A model generated the notes under the pieces. The model worked only from the letters and a program-made list of their open reading frames with translations, searched no databases and had not been told where the DNA came from. Below, one piece after another: positions 52,055-64,000 of a stretch of DNA of 64,000 nt; within the stretch, counting starts at the first letter, position 1; each line of letters begins with the position of its first letter. The stretch spans positions 195,114,001-195,178,000 of the forward strand of contig OX597815.1 of the NCBI GenBank assembly GCA_951406725.2, given 5' to 3'. Source of the stretch: Octopus vulgaris. Taxonomy: Eukaryota. A program made the translations under genes and the position numbers.

Positions 52055-52285
52055 CTTATTTCTTTATTGCCCACAGGGGGATAAACATAGAGTGGGTTAA
52101 ACAAAGACAGGCAAAGGGATTACGTCAATTACATCGGACCAGTGCGTAAGTGGTACTTAATTTATCGACCCCGAATGGATGAAAGGCAAAGTCGACCTCG
52201 GCGGAATTTGAACTCAGAACGTATAGAGAGATGAAAGACCGCTAGGCATTTCGCCCGGCATACTAACGTTTCTGCCAGCTCGCCT
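52055..52285 (-). mobile_element. SINE family A
   Basis: gatgaaaggcaaagtcgacctcggcggaatttgaactcagaacg. Confidence 0.85.
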
Positions 52286-52399
52286 ATATATAATGACCAT
52301 CTTTTCACTCTCTTTTCTCAAGAACCTACTTTTGCCATCTCTTTCTACTTCCAGTCACGATCCATCGACATTGTACATAATACTTTCTAAGTGTATTGA

Positions 52400-52990
52400 G
52401 ACGTGAGTCAGAGTGTAGCACTTAAGGACTAGAGTGTTGTGTCCTTTAGCAAGACCTTTTATTTATCTTTTCTCTAGTCCACTCAGCTGGCAAAAATGAG
52501 TGCTACCGGATTTCAAAGGGCCTAACTTGTTACACTCCATGTCGTGCTTAATATCCCTAAGGACTACGTTAATGGTACGCGTATCTGTAGTGAAGGCACA
52601 TGACCTAGTGGTTAGAGCAGCAGACTTGCGGTCGAGGGATCGCGGGTTCGAATCTCAGACCGTGTGATGTGTGTGTTCATGAGCGAAACAGCTAAGCTCC
52701 ACGCGGCTCCGGCAGAAGGTAGTGGCAAACTTCTGCTGACTCTTTCGCTACAACTTTCTCCCACTCTCTCCTCCTGCATCTTGCAGCTCATCTGCAACGG
52801 ACCGGCGTCCCGTTCCTGTGGGGAACCTATACGCCAAGGAAACCGGGAAACCGGCCTTTATGAGCCAAGCGTGACTCCAGAAGGAACAAACAACGCGTGT
52901 ATGTAGAATACTCAGCCACTTGCACAAGCAAGCTGTTCGGTTGATTGGATCGGCTGTGACCTCATCATTGTAACCAACAGAGTGTCGTAG
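52400..52990 (+). mobile_element. SINE family B with a second SINE (52602-52893) nested inside
   Basis: Host sequence ...ctacgttaatggtacgcgtatctgtag is interrupted and resumes at cgcgtgtatgtagaatactcagccacttgcac (compare 53660-53705). Confidence 0.7.
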
Positions 52991-53467
52991 TCGTTAGGCA
53001 AACTTATATAAATATTTTTGTCTCGAAACAGAGAAAGAAATTAATATTTAACAATCTTTAATTAGTCTTTAAAACAAATGTTTAGATTTCTAAATATGAA
53101 ATATATCGAGGCATTCTGTACAAAATTAACACCTTGATGTGATTAAGAAAATATATCTTCATTTTGGAACGAATTGTAATGACTACCATTTACAATATAG
53201 TTATACGATTTTAGCATTAATAATTCACTAAGTGTGCAGCGCTTTACAGCTAACTAGCCCAATAAATATGAGGTATTTCTTAAATACCTCCTAAATTGAA
53301 GTCGTAAGCATATGCAAAATAGCATCTGTCTTTATTGCTTTCTGTCTGCTTCACGAATAGTATGTTGTTCAGTATACGTGTGATCGAACGTATATGCACA
53401 CACAAAGACACAGATATTTATATTGAAACGGATACACATACATACAAATATGTGTATATGTGTATAT

Positions 53468-53780
53468 CCGGGCGTTGTGAGTGTTTGTTGAGCTAAAACA
53501 CCTAAAAGTTCCACGAGGCTCTGGCAGGGGATGGTGGTGATCCCTGCTGTACTATTTCACCACAACTTTCTCTCACTCTTACTTCCTGTTTCTGTTGTAC
53601 CTGTATTTCAAAGGGCCGGTCTTGTCACTCTCTGTGTCACGCTGAATATCCCCGAGAACTACGTTAAGGGTACACGTGTCTGTGGAGTGCTCAGGCACTT
53701 ACACGTTAATTTCACGAGCAGGCTGTTCCGTTGATTCGGATCAACCGGAACCCTCCTCGTCGTAAGCGACGGAGTGCTTC
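53468..53780 (+). mobile_element. SINE family B body
   Basis: Matches 36130-36230 and 58770-58950. Confidence 0.75.
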
Positions 53781-54071
53781 CATCCATATGTGAATATCTA
53801 TATAGGTGAGTGTGAGTGAATGTAAATGTAACCACAAGTGGACGGTTGGTGATTTTCCTTTTTCCTTCTTCTCAGAACTTTTTCCTTTCCTCCTTTCCGA
53901 CGAAGAGCCATGCTCGAAACGTTACAAACTCTCTCCTTTCACCGAGCGTCAAACTCATATAATTCTTGTGCACTTCCTCACGTTTGTTTTTTCTTTCTCC
54001 TTTGTTTCACTTTTCATTTTTTTCTCTCTACATTTTTTATTCGTTCTTTCAAATGTTTTTTTCGTTGAATT

Positions 54072-54125
<54 letters not shown>

Positions 54126-54596
54126 GTACATATGTATATATATATATATGTGTACATATGTATATATATATACACATACACATACGCACACACACACATA
54201 AACACACACAAATACACACACATACATACATGCATATATTATATATATATATATATATATAAATTAGAGAAGAACAACCACGAAGCAATTCAATGATATA
54301 CGTAAATCATACCACATCGAAAAAATTAAACTAGAACTAAATAAATTCCAAAAAATAATAAATAGTATATAATTAGAATTTATTATTTGGTATTTTATTT
54401 AGTTATAGTTAAGTGTTTTATCGTATCTTTAATTTTTTCTATATGGCTTGATTTAAGTATAACTTTGTTGAATTGCTTCGTGGTGCTCCTCTAATGTATA
54501 TACACGTCTTATATATTGTGAAATTTGATTTAGTATTTCTAAATTGAATTTTTCCCTGTAAGTTTGGAATCATATTCCCTAATATTTTATTATTAC

Positions 54597-54632
<36 letters not shown>

Positions 54633-54634
<2 letters not shown>

Positions 54635-54933
54635 AGAAATATTGCATTTCTAAATCTCTCAGAGAGAGTTATGCAGTAGCAGCACAATAAAGTGATGGTA
54701 TATTGAAAACTTAATGTGGCAGTCCCAGGAAATGGAAGAATGCTACTGCTATTTGCCACAAAATTCTGGCTTTGTTTGTTGGAGATGCATATCTCCTCTT
54801 TTTGAAAAATAAAGACACAGAACGCTTGTGTCACGTAGCCAACTAGAAACGGTGTTTCTTGGGCTAAATAGCAGTAGCTTTCTTCCCTTTACAGGGACTG
54901 CTACCTTAAGTAGGCAACGAACCATCACTTTAT
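54633..54933. mobile_element. short self-complementary element sharing its terminus with the 35097 element
   Basis: First 28 nt identical to 35097-35124; 54687-54756 and 54862-54933 form an imperfect inverted repeat; (CA)n and (TA)n flanks. Confidence 0.6.
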
Positions 54934-55959
54934 ATATATATATATATTAACTGTGTAATCTGTTTATTAACCATACAGTTTTACATAGAGGGGACACTAC
55001 AACACATTGGGGACACAAAACATCAAACAAAATATCAGATGAGATGAAATATCAGGGTGAAAATGAGAGATGAACGTGACGTCAACTGCCCCATCAGTCA
55101 ACATCACTTACTTGTCCGTTTTTTTCCTATTTTACCGCGAAAACCAAAGTCCCAAGAAGTTATTTTTAGGTTTTAATGACATTTGCAAGAGAATTGCGTC
55201 ATAAGGCTTAGAGTATCATCATCATTCTATTTTGACGTCATACATTTGTATAAACCGCCTTGATCATTGGTTATTTATCAGATTTGGAGACGGTATCGTA
55301 AGAAACCATCTTATCCAGCAGACTATACGATCATATGAAAAACAGGAAGAAAAAGATGCTATGCCGCATGTTAAAAAGTGGTGAAGAAATTAATTGAAAG
55401 TTTTCGCTTTCATATACACAATTATATTTGAAAGGAATAATCCCAAATTTATTATTAATGATATTTTAAAGAAATACGATGTTACTAAACCAAGAAGTAA
55501 TTGGTTCGTGATCTTCGTATTTCTTTTCAATGCTTTCATTTCCCCTCTACTACAAATGCAAATCGTAAACAGTCCACGCAGTAGGACCATGGTTATCGTA
55601 TCGATTATGATAATTCTTCTTTAGTAACATGGCATACGTTTAAATATTTTGTTTACTTTTACATAGAAGAGAGAAATAATATTCCCCAGCTCTATCAAAC
55701 GCTCGAAGCTAACAGTCTTTTTGAAAATACATAACACATTTTATCAGCTGATTACGAACTGTACTTGGAGTTACGAAGGATATGTGTAAACAGTTGAAAT
55801 ATATTCTTGCTTTGCTTCTTCTTCCTCTTCTTCTTTTCCATCCAGAAGCCTTTCAGTGAACAATATTTTCAATTTATACTGGTTATTATTTCTCTATCAT
55901 ATCGAAGACAGTCGAACGCATTAACTGAATGTCTTCGTGTTTGCGATCTTTATTAAATA

Positions 55960-56355
55960 CTAGCAGTATCGCCCGGCGTTGCTCGGGTTTGTAAGGGAAA
56001 TAACTATATAAGCATTTTTAGAGATGTAAAGTATAATAGCCATCTCAATATGGCTAACCACAAAGGAGGGGGGTGTTACTGTAGCTTTTTACGTTCTGAG
56101 ATTTAATAATACATTTTTAGAGAGTTACTTCCATTATATAATAGCAAAAATGCATTAAAATGGGGAAAAATGATAGTAAATGTTTTTTTTAAATCGTAGA
56201 CTCATCGTAGACACGCGCTAATACCCAGACGGGCTCAATATGAATCACGACTATAAAATACCTGCTTTTGGTTATACTGCACCGCAAAATGTGGTAGTAG
56301 TTAGGAATCTAAATCGTAGGAGACAGACACACAACTTCACTTTTATATATAAAGA
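55960..56355 (-). mobile_element. non-autonomous Helitron
   Basis: Reverse-complement relative of 8663-9058; TC...hairpin-CTAG; A|T target. Confidence 0.85.
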
Positions 56356-56635
56356 TATCACTTCAGCCGTGTGTAGGCTATCCGAGTTTAGAATGACCTG
56401 TGTTACCATATTTAATGCTACTGCTAAGAAATATATTATTGTAATCATTGTTTCCGTACCGAACCCAATCTTCAAGTTACGTCTATAACTTAATGCTTTT
56501 TATTATTTATTTCAACTTGTGTTGTGAATTTCGGAGGAATATTTGCATTATTTTCCACATATTATGCAATCGGGAAAAGAAGCTCGTGTATCACTTCGAA
56601 GGATTTGTACTCAATTTGGAAATGCATTAGCTGAG

Positions 56636-56968
56636 CCCCATGGCTCAGTGGTTAGAGCGTCGAGCTTAAGATCGCGAGGTTGTGAGTTCGAATCCTGGAC
56701 CGGGCTACGTGTTGTGTTCTTGATCAAGGGCACTTTATTTTACGTCGTTCCAGTTTACTCAGCTGTAGAAGTGAGTTGTGACATAAAGTGGTGCCAAGCA
56801 GTATCGACCCGTTTGCCTTTCCCTTGGATAAACACTGGTAGTGTGGAGAGGGGAGGCCGGTATGCATGGGCGACTGCTGGCCTTCCATAAACAACCTTGC
56901 CCGGACTTGTGCCTGGGAGAGTAACTTTCTAGGTCCCATGGTCAGTCATGACCGAAGTGGGTCTCAGC
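56636..56968 (+). mobile_element. tRNA-derived SINE
   Basis: tggctcagtggttagagc A-box and gagttcgaatcc B-box. Confidence 0.8.
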
Positions 56969-57904
56969 TACTGATGGCAACGACAATGTGATTTCAGCGC
57001 AGATGCCGTAGTTCATAACTTTTATTACCGGAACTCCTACTTCTTTAAGCTGGGAAGTATTGCATTTGTCTCTCCCCTCCAATTATTGGCTAAGGATTTG
57101 TTCCAAATTTCTAACATCAGATCAATTGAAACGTCTAATTTCTTCAGACGTGTGATCATGTCCACGAAGTTACCTGATCAACCATTACCTGTTGGCATAG
57201 CCGGGATATAGCTTCTCCATATTTATTTGTGGTGGGGTTTTGCTGATCTAGCGTTGCTGTAGGTGTATATCTCCTTCCTATCTTCAGAGTACACCTGCGT
57301 TTGGCAGCAGAAGTTGTTGTGGGTCATTATTTTATTGAGAAACATTTAAGAGTAAAACGATTGAACCTCAAATATCCTTTCGTCGTACACTACCAAAGAA
57401 ACAAAATATGAAAAGTGAACTCTGAAGAAGCTACACGAATATTAATATTGTAGGATGAGATCGCGGTTGCCTGATGATGACAGCGTGATATACAAGGTTA
57501 AGGAGATATGGTAAAAGCATGATTTCACGAATCGTAAGATACAAATTATTTCTAGCTTCTTTTTTATACATAGAAATTATTATACAATTACAAGTATTTC
57601 AATGTAAATTTGATCTAGATACTAAAATGTGTCCCTCTTTGTGGGTAACATTTCAGAAAACCATTACTGAGAATTGATATAGAAATCTCTTTAATGCTGA
57701 TGTTTGTTCATAAGCTTTTACTTTTGCCACAAAGTAGTTTCATATATTGATAATTATTTGAACATATTTCTAAGCATTTACACGAATAAATTGCAATTCA
57801 TCTAAATTTAAATTGCATATATGACAGGACTCCTTTATCGCGAATTACACTCCTACATGCATGCTTATACATAGATACATACATTCATACGTACATACAT
57901 ACAT

Positions 57905-57965
<61 letters not shown>

Positions 57966-57974
57966 TAGATAGAT

Positions 57975-58041
<67 letters not shown>

Positions 58042-58064
58042 TGAATTTAAGTACCAACATATTT

Positions 58065-58580
<516 letters not shown>

Positions 58581-58651
58581 GAATATATATGTGTGTGTGA
58601 GTGTGTGTGTGTGTGTGCGTGTGTGTGTGAGTGTGTGTGTATGTGTGTGTG

Positions 58652-58952
58652 TGAAGGCGCGTGGCTCACGATCGTAAGGTCGTGAGTTCAATTCCCGGCG
58701 ATGGGTTGTGTCTTTGAGCAAGACACTTCATTTCACGTTGCCCCAGTCTACTCAGCTGGCAAAAATGAGTTGTACCTGTATATCAAAGGGCCGGCCTTGT
58801 CACACTCTGTGTCACGCTGAACCTCTCTGTGAACTACGTTAACAGTACACTTGTCTGTGTAATGCTCAGGCATATGCATGTTAATTTCATGAGCATGCTG
58901 TTCCGTTGATCATATCAGCTGGAACCCTCGTCGTCGCAACCGACGAAGTGCT
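58652..58952 (+). mobile_element. SINE family B
   Basis: gagttcaattccc B-box; body matches 53590-53780. Confidence 0.75.
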
Positions 58953-59017
58953 CCTAACGCCATGTTGGATCGTTAGCCCCTACACGCAATTTTTTTCTCT
59001 CCTTTCTTTTTTGTGTA

Positions 59018-59055
59018 TCTTTCTGTCGAAGAGCGTAGGTTCGAAACGTAAAAGA
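59018..59055 (+). ncRNA. hammerhead-like motif (CUGUCGA core) in a (TA)n-terminated fragment
   Basis: tcttt-CTGTCGA-a-gagc gtag gttc-GAAA-cg-TA-aaaga; related motif at 53894-53928. Confidence 0.45.
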
Positions 59056-59453
59056 CTTGTTTTATTTCTATTCCTGAGCGCCATACTAATACATTGTTTG
59101 TTTGTACTCCACCTGCCTTCGTCTTTTGTTTATTTTCGTAATATATATATATACATATATATAATCATTAGAGATATAGGATAAAGTATTATTGGTTTAG
59201 TAAATTGATAAATTTTATCAAGTAGTTTCGGTATGGAAAAGAGCCATATTCGTTAAAAACATATGCAATAAGTTTTTTTTATATATAATTATAGCAATAA
59301 TTAAGGGTTTAGCAAGAAGTTGCTTCACCACATACAGAAAATTTTGAAATAGCAGCCAATAGACCGCTATTTCTTTTTTTTACAAAATATGGCTGCTATT
59401 TCTAAATTTTCAGTATGTGTTGAAGCAACTTGTTGCTAAATCCTTAATCATTG

Positions 59454-59504
<51 letters not shown>

Positions 59505-60319
59505 ATAAATGTAAAAAAGCACAAACTGGGACAAGAACGCAAAACATTTAGAAGACGATACAAAAAAAACGCCTTCGATCTTTAGTCAAAAACCGGATCA
59601 TCTTCGCAATTTCGGCTGATTAATTTTAAGATTGCTCCGACCTGGCCAGCCCCAAAGGAAAATCTCCCCCTCTCTCTCTCTATATATATATATATATTGG
59701 TACTTAAGTTTTCTTTTAACATGTGATACATAGTCTAGTTAATGTTCCTTTTCAGCTAATTCAAAAGACATAATTGTTCTATTCGCAGGGATTATTAAGA
59801 ATTCCTATTAGTCATTTTAATACATGTCTGTAAATACCACGCAATTACAGAAAGATACATTTGAAGAGCAAATCTTGAATTGCCTTGAGTTAAGTTATCA
59901 CACATGACCGTCTATTGAATTCTGTTTTAATCCATTTATAGTAATTTTCCATCATTCATTCTTCTTTTCTTTATTAATTTCAACTTTTCTATATTTGTCT
60001 ATATTTCTCATGCAAATGAGATTTCATCGTTTACTCCCCCACACAGTTATATTTCCTCACCTAAATGACTACTGCCATGCATTTTTTATATGCTTTATGA
60101 ACTTGAGTATTTCCATTAAATCTCTACCACCAATACTATTTAGTTGTTTTCATTGTACTTTTGTCTGATATGAAATGTTTGTGATTTCTGTCTCTTAACT
60201 TATATGAGTCCGATAATCAAAGGATACTTAGCTGCTTTGATATGACTTGAAGTGAACTACAACATTCTATCCAGCACAAATTTTACCACGCACATGCGCG
60301 CGCACTCACGCGCACACAG

Positions 60320-60373
<54 letters not shown>

Positions 60374-62099
60374 CGAATTTCTTTAGAAATTTCTATCGGT
60401 ATGTTTCGAGACTCATAAATTATAATGGCTATTGAAAAGTTTTGTCTTTTTTTCGGCATATTTGGCATTAGAATTTTTCTTTTGCCCTTATCTTGTAAAT
60501 TATATATATATATAAATATTTGAGTGTATATATACTCTTTCCCTCTTCTTGCTCTATTAGATAATTTAAGTAAAATCATATCAATGTGTGCGACTGATTA
60601 AAAATTCTAATTATTTATGCAGCTGAGGAAAGACCTGCATTTAAATTGATGTTATGATTGTATTGTTCTGTGTGTGTGAGTGTGTGCATACACACACATC
60701 CATCTGTAAATACGTACATGTTTTCATCAAATCTTTACAAAGTTATTTTTCATCTGAAAAGCCGCCATGCCAGTGGAATTACCTTAGCTTATTGCATGGA
60801 ATATGAATTATATAAAATTTACTTTACAAGAAACCGATTACGAAGATGAAATCAATAATTACACCCACTCAATCTTCACATGCTGTCAGGGATTTTCTGA
60901 GAATACTGTTCGTTTTATAAAATTTTGCATCAATAATTCATTTTCCTTTATTCAGTAATCTTGAATCGATTCATCGAGTTATTTATTGTCTTCAAATAGC
61001 ATTACTTTTTACTTCTTTTGCATCGTAATCATTTGCCAGGCTGATATTTATTTTGTTCTTCGTTTGAATCTTTGGAGAGTAAATTTCCTATAGAACATTT
61101 TAGATTGCTTTCTTCGATGACGGATTCAAACTGTCAATCTTCCAGTAAGTTGGATTCTCTGTCTTTCTAACTGCCGTACTGAAATTGTTAAAATCTTTAT
61201 ACCAGCTTTATCACCTAGACACACACACACATACACAGCTTTCAAGAATACAGCTGATGTGCTGTGAATGTGATGGAGCGGACATCCGTGTATACAGTAC
61301 ATGTCATATATGCAAGTATAAAGATATATTATTTGTTATAATTTCAGTTCACCACCCCTTTGTGTTGTACGTAACAGAATTGTTAAAAGACCATATACAG
61401 ACAATAACACTCTTTTGAAAAACTCTTTCGTTCTCGTTCACAGTTTTTATTTATCGAATAATCCAGACGATACTATAACAAAAGAAAAAGTAATGTTTAC
61501 GTTAATATTGTTCAACACGAGTTTTACACCTATTTGATTATAAACCTTTTTTTATAGAGATGACTAATAAAGCAGATATCAGAAAGGTATTAAGTAGTGT
61601 TGGCACTAATTTTTATTGTAACATTGAACGACATTGCGGTTCATATTTAAAGTCTAATGTTTATCAAACTATGAAGCGCTTTGTAGGTTGTCCATGAAAT
61701 AAGAAGAAACTCAGCCATTTATTATTAAGAAAAGATATTATTATGAATACAAAAAAAATATGAATGTGAATTTTAAAGTTTTCAGATATAGCCTGGTTGG
61801 AGGCCAAAACCTCCGAGTTCTTTTACAGGGCTAAGAAAACCCGAAGGACTGCTGCAATAAGTGAGAGGGGAACCTGTTGAATAAAATCATAATTAACCAA
61901 TCGTCTCCTAATTTTTTAAAACTCAAATTCAGGAACTTTTCTGCAATTCCTCGTAAATGGAAAAAAAATTACTCAATATGTTATATCTAGGGCAATTTGA
62001 TGTTAAATGTTTTTCTATTATTCATTTTAAATCCACGGAAAACATTCGTATATTGATAGGTATAAATAATTTTGGTTGAGTTGAATAAGGGATATACTC

Positions 62100-62515
62100 T
62101 TTTACTCTTTTATTTGTTTCAGTCATTTCACTGCGGCCATGCTGGAGCACCGCCTTTAATCGAGCAACTCGACCCCGGGACTTATTCTTTGTAAGCCCAG
62201 TACTTATTCTATCTTACTCTTTTGCCGAATCGCTAAGTGACGGGAACATAAACATACCAGCATCAGTTGTCAAGCAATGCTAGGTGGATAAACACAGACA
62301 CACAAACATATACACACACATATATATATATATTTATACATATATATATACGGCAGGCTTCTTTCAGTTTCCCTCTGCCAAATCCACTCACAAGGCATTG
62401 GTCGGCCCGGGGCTATAGCAGAAGACACTTGCCCAAGGTACCACGCAGTGGGACTGAACCCGGAACCATGTGGTTGGTTAGCAAGCTACTTACCACACAG
62501 CCACTCCTGCGCCTA
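62100..62515 (-). mobile_element. SINE family C, full length
   Basis: Reverse complement of ggcgcaggagtggctgtgtggtaagtagcttgct...aaatgactgaaacaaataaaagagtaaaagag. Confidence 0.9.
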
Positions 62516-62842
62516 TGTTCGAAGTTGGAGAGAAACATAGGGTTAGACATTTATTGAATGTTTAATAATTTAGCTATGAAAGGAAATGAAATAAGGAAAT
62601 AAAATACTTAAGTATGCAGAGTGATATAAGGAGCGAATATACAATAATGCATTTTTCGAATTAATTGCAACTGATAAAATAATGTTTGATTAGGTTTCGG
62701 AAAACTTTTAGGGTATTTTTATGTATTTTCGTGTATGATAGGGGATGGAATAAAAATGCTGAAGTAGCAACTGTAAGCATGTTTAAATAATATAGTTTGA
62801 AATACTGTTGAGGGAAAATAATGAAAAATAAAAACGTTGATG

Positions 62843-63155
<313 letters not shown>

Positions 63156-64000
63156 GTACATCTTAATGTGTGTGTGAGTGCATGTATAGTTTTATAGCCA
63201 AATGTTAACTGAATTATATTTGTAATCAGAGAATTTTATACAACTGAAAATAACAAAAAAATTCAGTTAATTTTTTATTGGATTCTGTTTGCATTCCATT
63301 TTAATTGAAATTCAAATTTCATTTCATTTAATATTTATTTGTTTGAATTCTTTCGTTATTTATATGACATTGTTATTTTTATGACATGGCTTAGGTTTTA
63401 GTATATTTTATTTCACCAAGGAAATGTTATTTTCGTTTTCATCTTATCCTAATTAATTTCAAATCCAATTTGGCTCCTTAATTTAACTGATTCAATCATT
63501 TACGACCACTGATATGTATAAATCACGTCATTGTTATGCTTCCTTCAATTACAGAAGCAAAAGCAATCACAGGAATTTAATCTCTGTTCATCACTCTTAC
63601 TAAGATAAACAAATCATAACAATATTCATTACGGTTACATAAAACTATGTTTTTTGTTTTAAAAACACAATTAACACCAATATAGTTTCACTTTCGTCCC
63701 TCGTATAAAAATTAAACTTCTGCTCAAATGCATCATTATATCACGTACTGTGCTCATTTAGACTGAAGTGCTTTAAAATAACACTCCATTGATGGTTTCG
63801 TATATTAGAACTATATCCGTTATACAATAAAAGATTGGAGCGCAGAAAATTAACGTTTCTCGCGACCTTAATAATTAACATCTGTGAACATTTGAAAATA
63901 TAGCGTACCTTTCAATATACATACACGTGCTCAGACAGACACACACGCAAACACACACACACACGCACACATGCACGCACAGACATGCATACACACAGAC

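Noticed and set aside
56636-56710. tRNA gene (also 298, 538, 52602)
   Set aside because: A and B boxes are present but there is no complete cloverleaf, and each continues into a SINE body.
60880-61190. Protein-like minus-strand stretch (FESVIEESNLKCSIGNLLSKDSNEEQK)
   Set aside because: Multiple stops and no recognisable family motif.

Overview
AT-rich, microsatellite-dense eukaryotic DNA with no convincing host gene. The SINE and LINE repertoire looks like an octopus (coleoid cephalopod) genome; this is recognition, not a search result. The window is a transposon graveyard: tRNA-derived SINEs, R4/Dong, RTE and CR1-like LINE fragments, several mariner relics, piggyBac and Merlin relics, and non-autonomous Helitrons. 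The dominant feature is one young, near-intact Penelope-like element (PLE, Neptune-type RT plus GIY-YIG) at ~21841-28280, built as an inverted terminal copy plus a partial tandem and inserted in (TA)n. The most interesting signals are: (i) minimal type-I hammerhead ribozymes (HHR) with a compensatory U3-A8 core in the PLE pseudo-LTRs; (ii) a correctly phased U_UUU_UUA -1 slippery site linking its coiled-coil ORF1 to RT; (iii) short non-coding, (TA)n-flanked elements carrying other HHR variants, notably a ~363-bp retrozyme-like unit with a covarying U4C hammerhead at the tip of a long hairpin; (iv) an ORF1-only zinc-knuckle retroelement; (v) a decayed SF2 helicase relic of possible viral type. 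All alignments, translations and folds were done by eye, so repeat boundaries are approximate.
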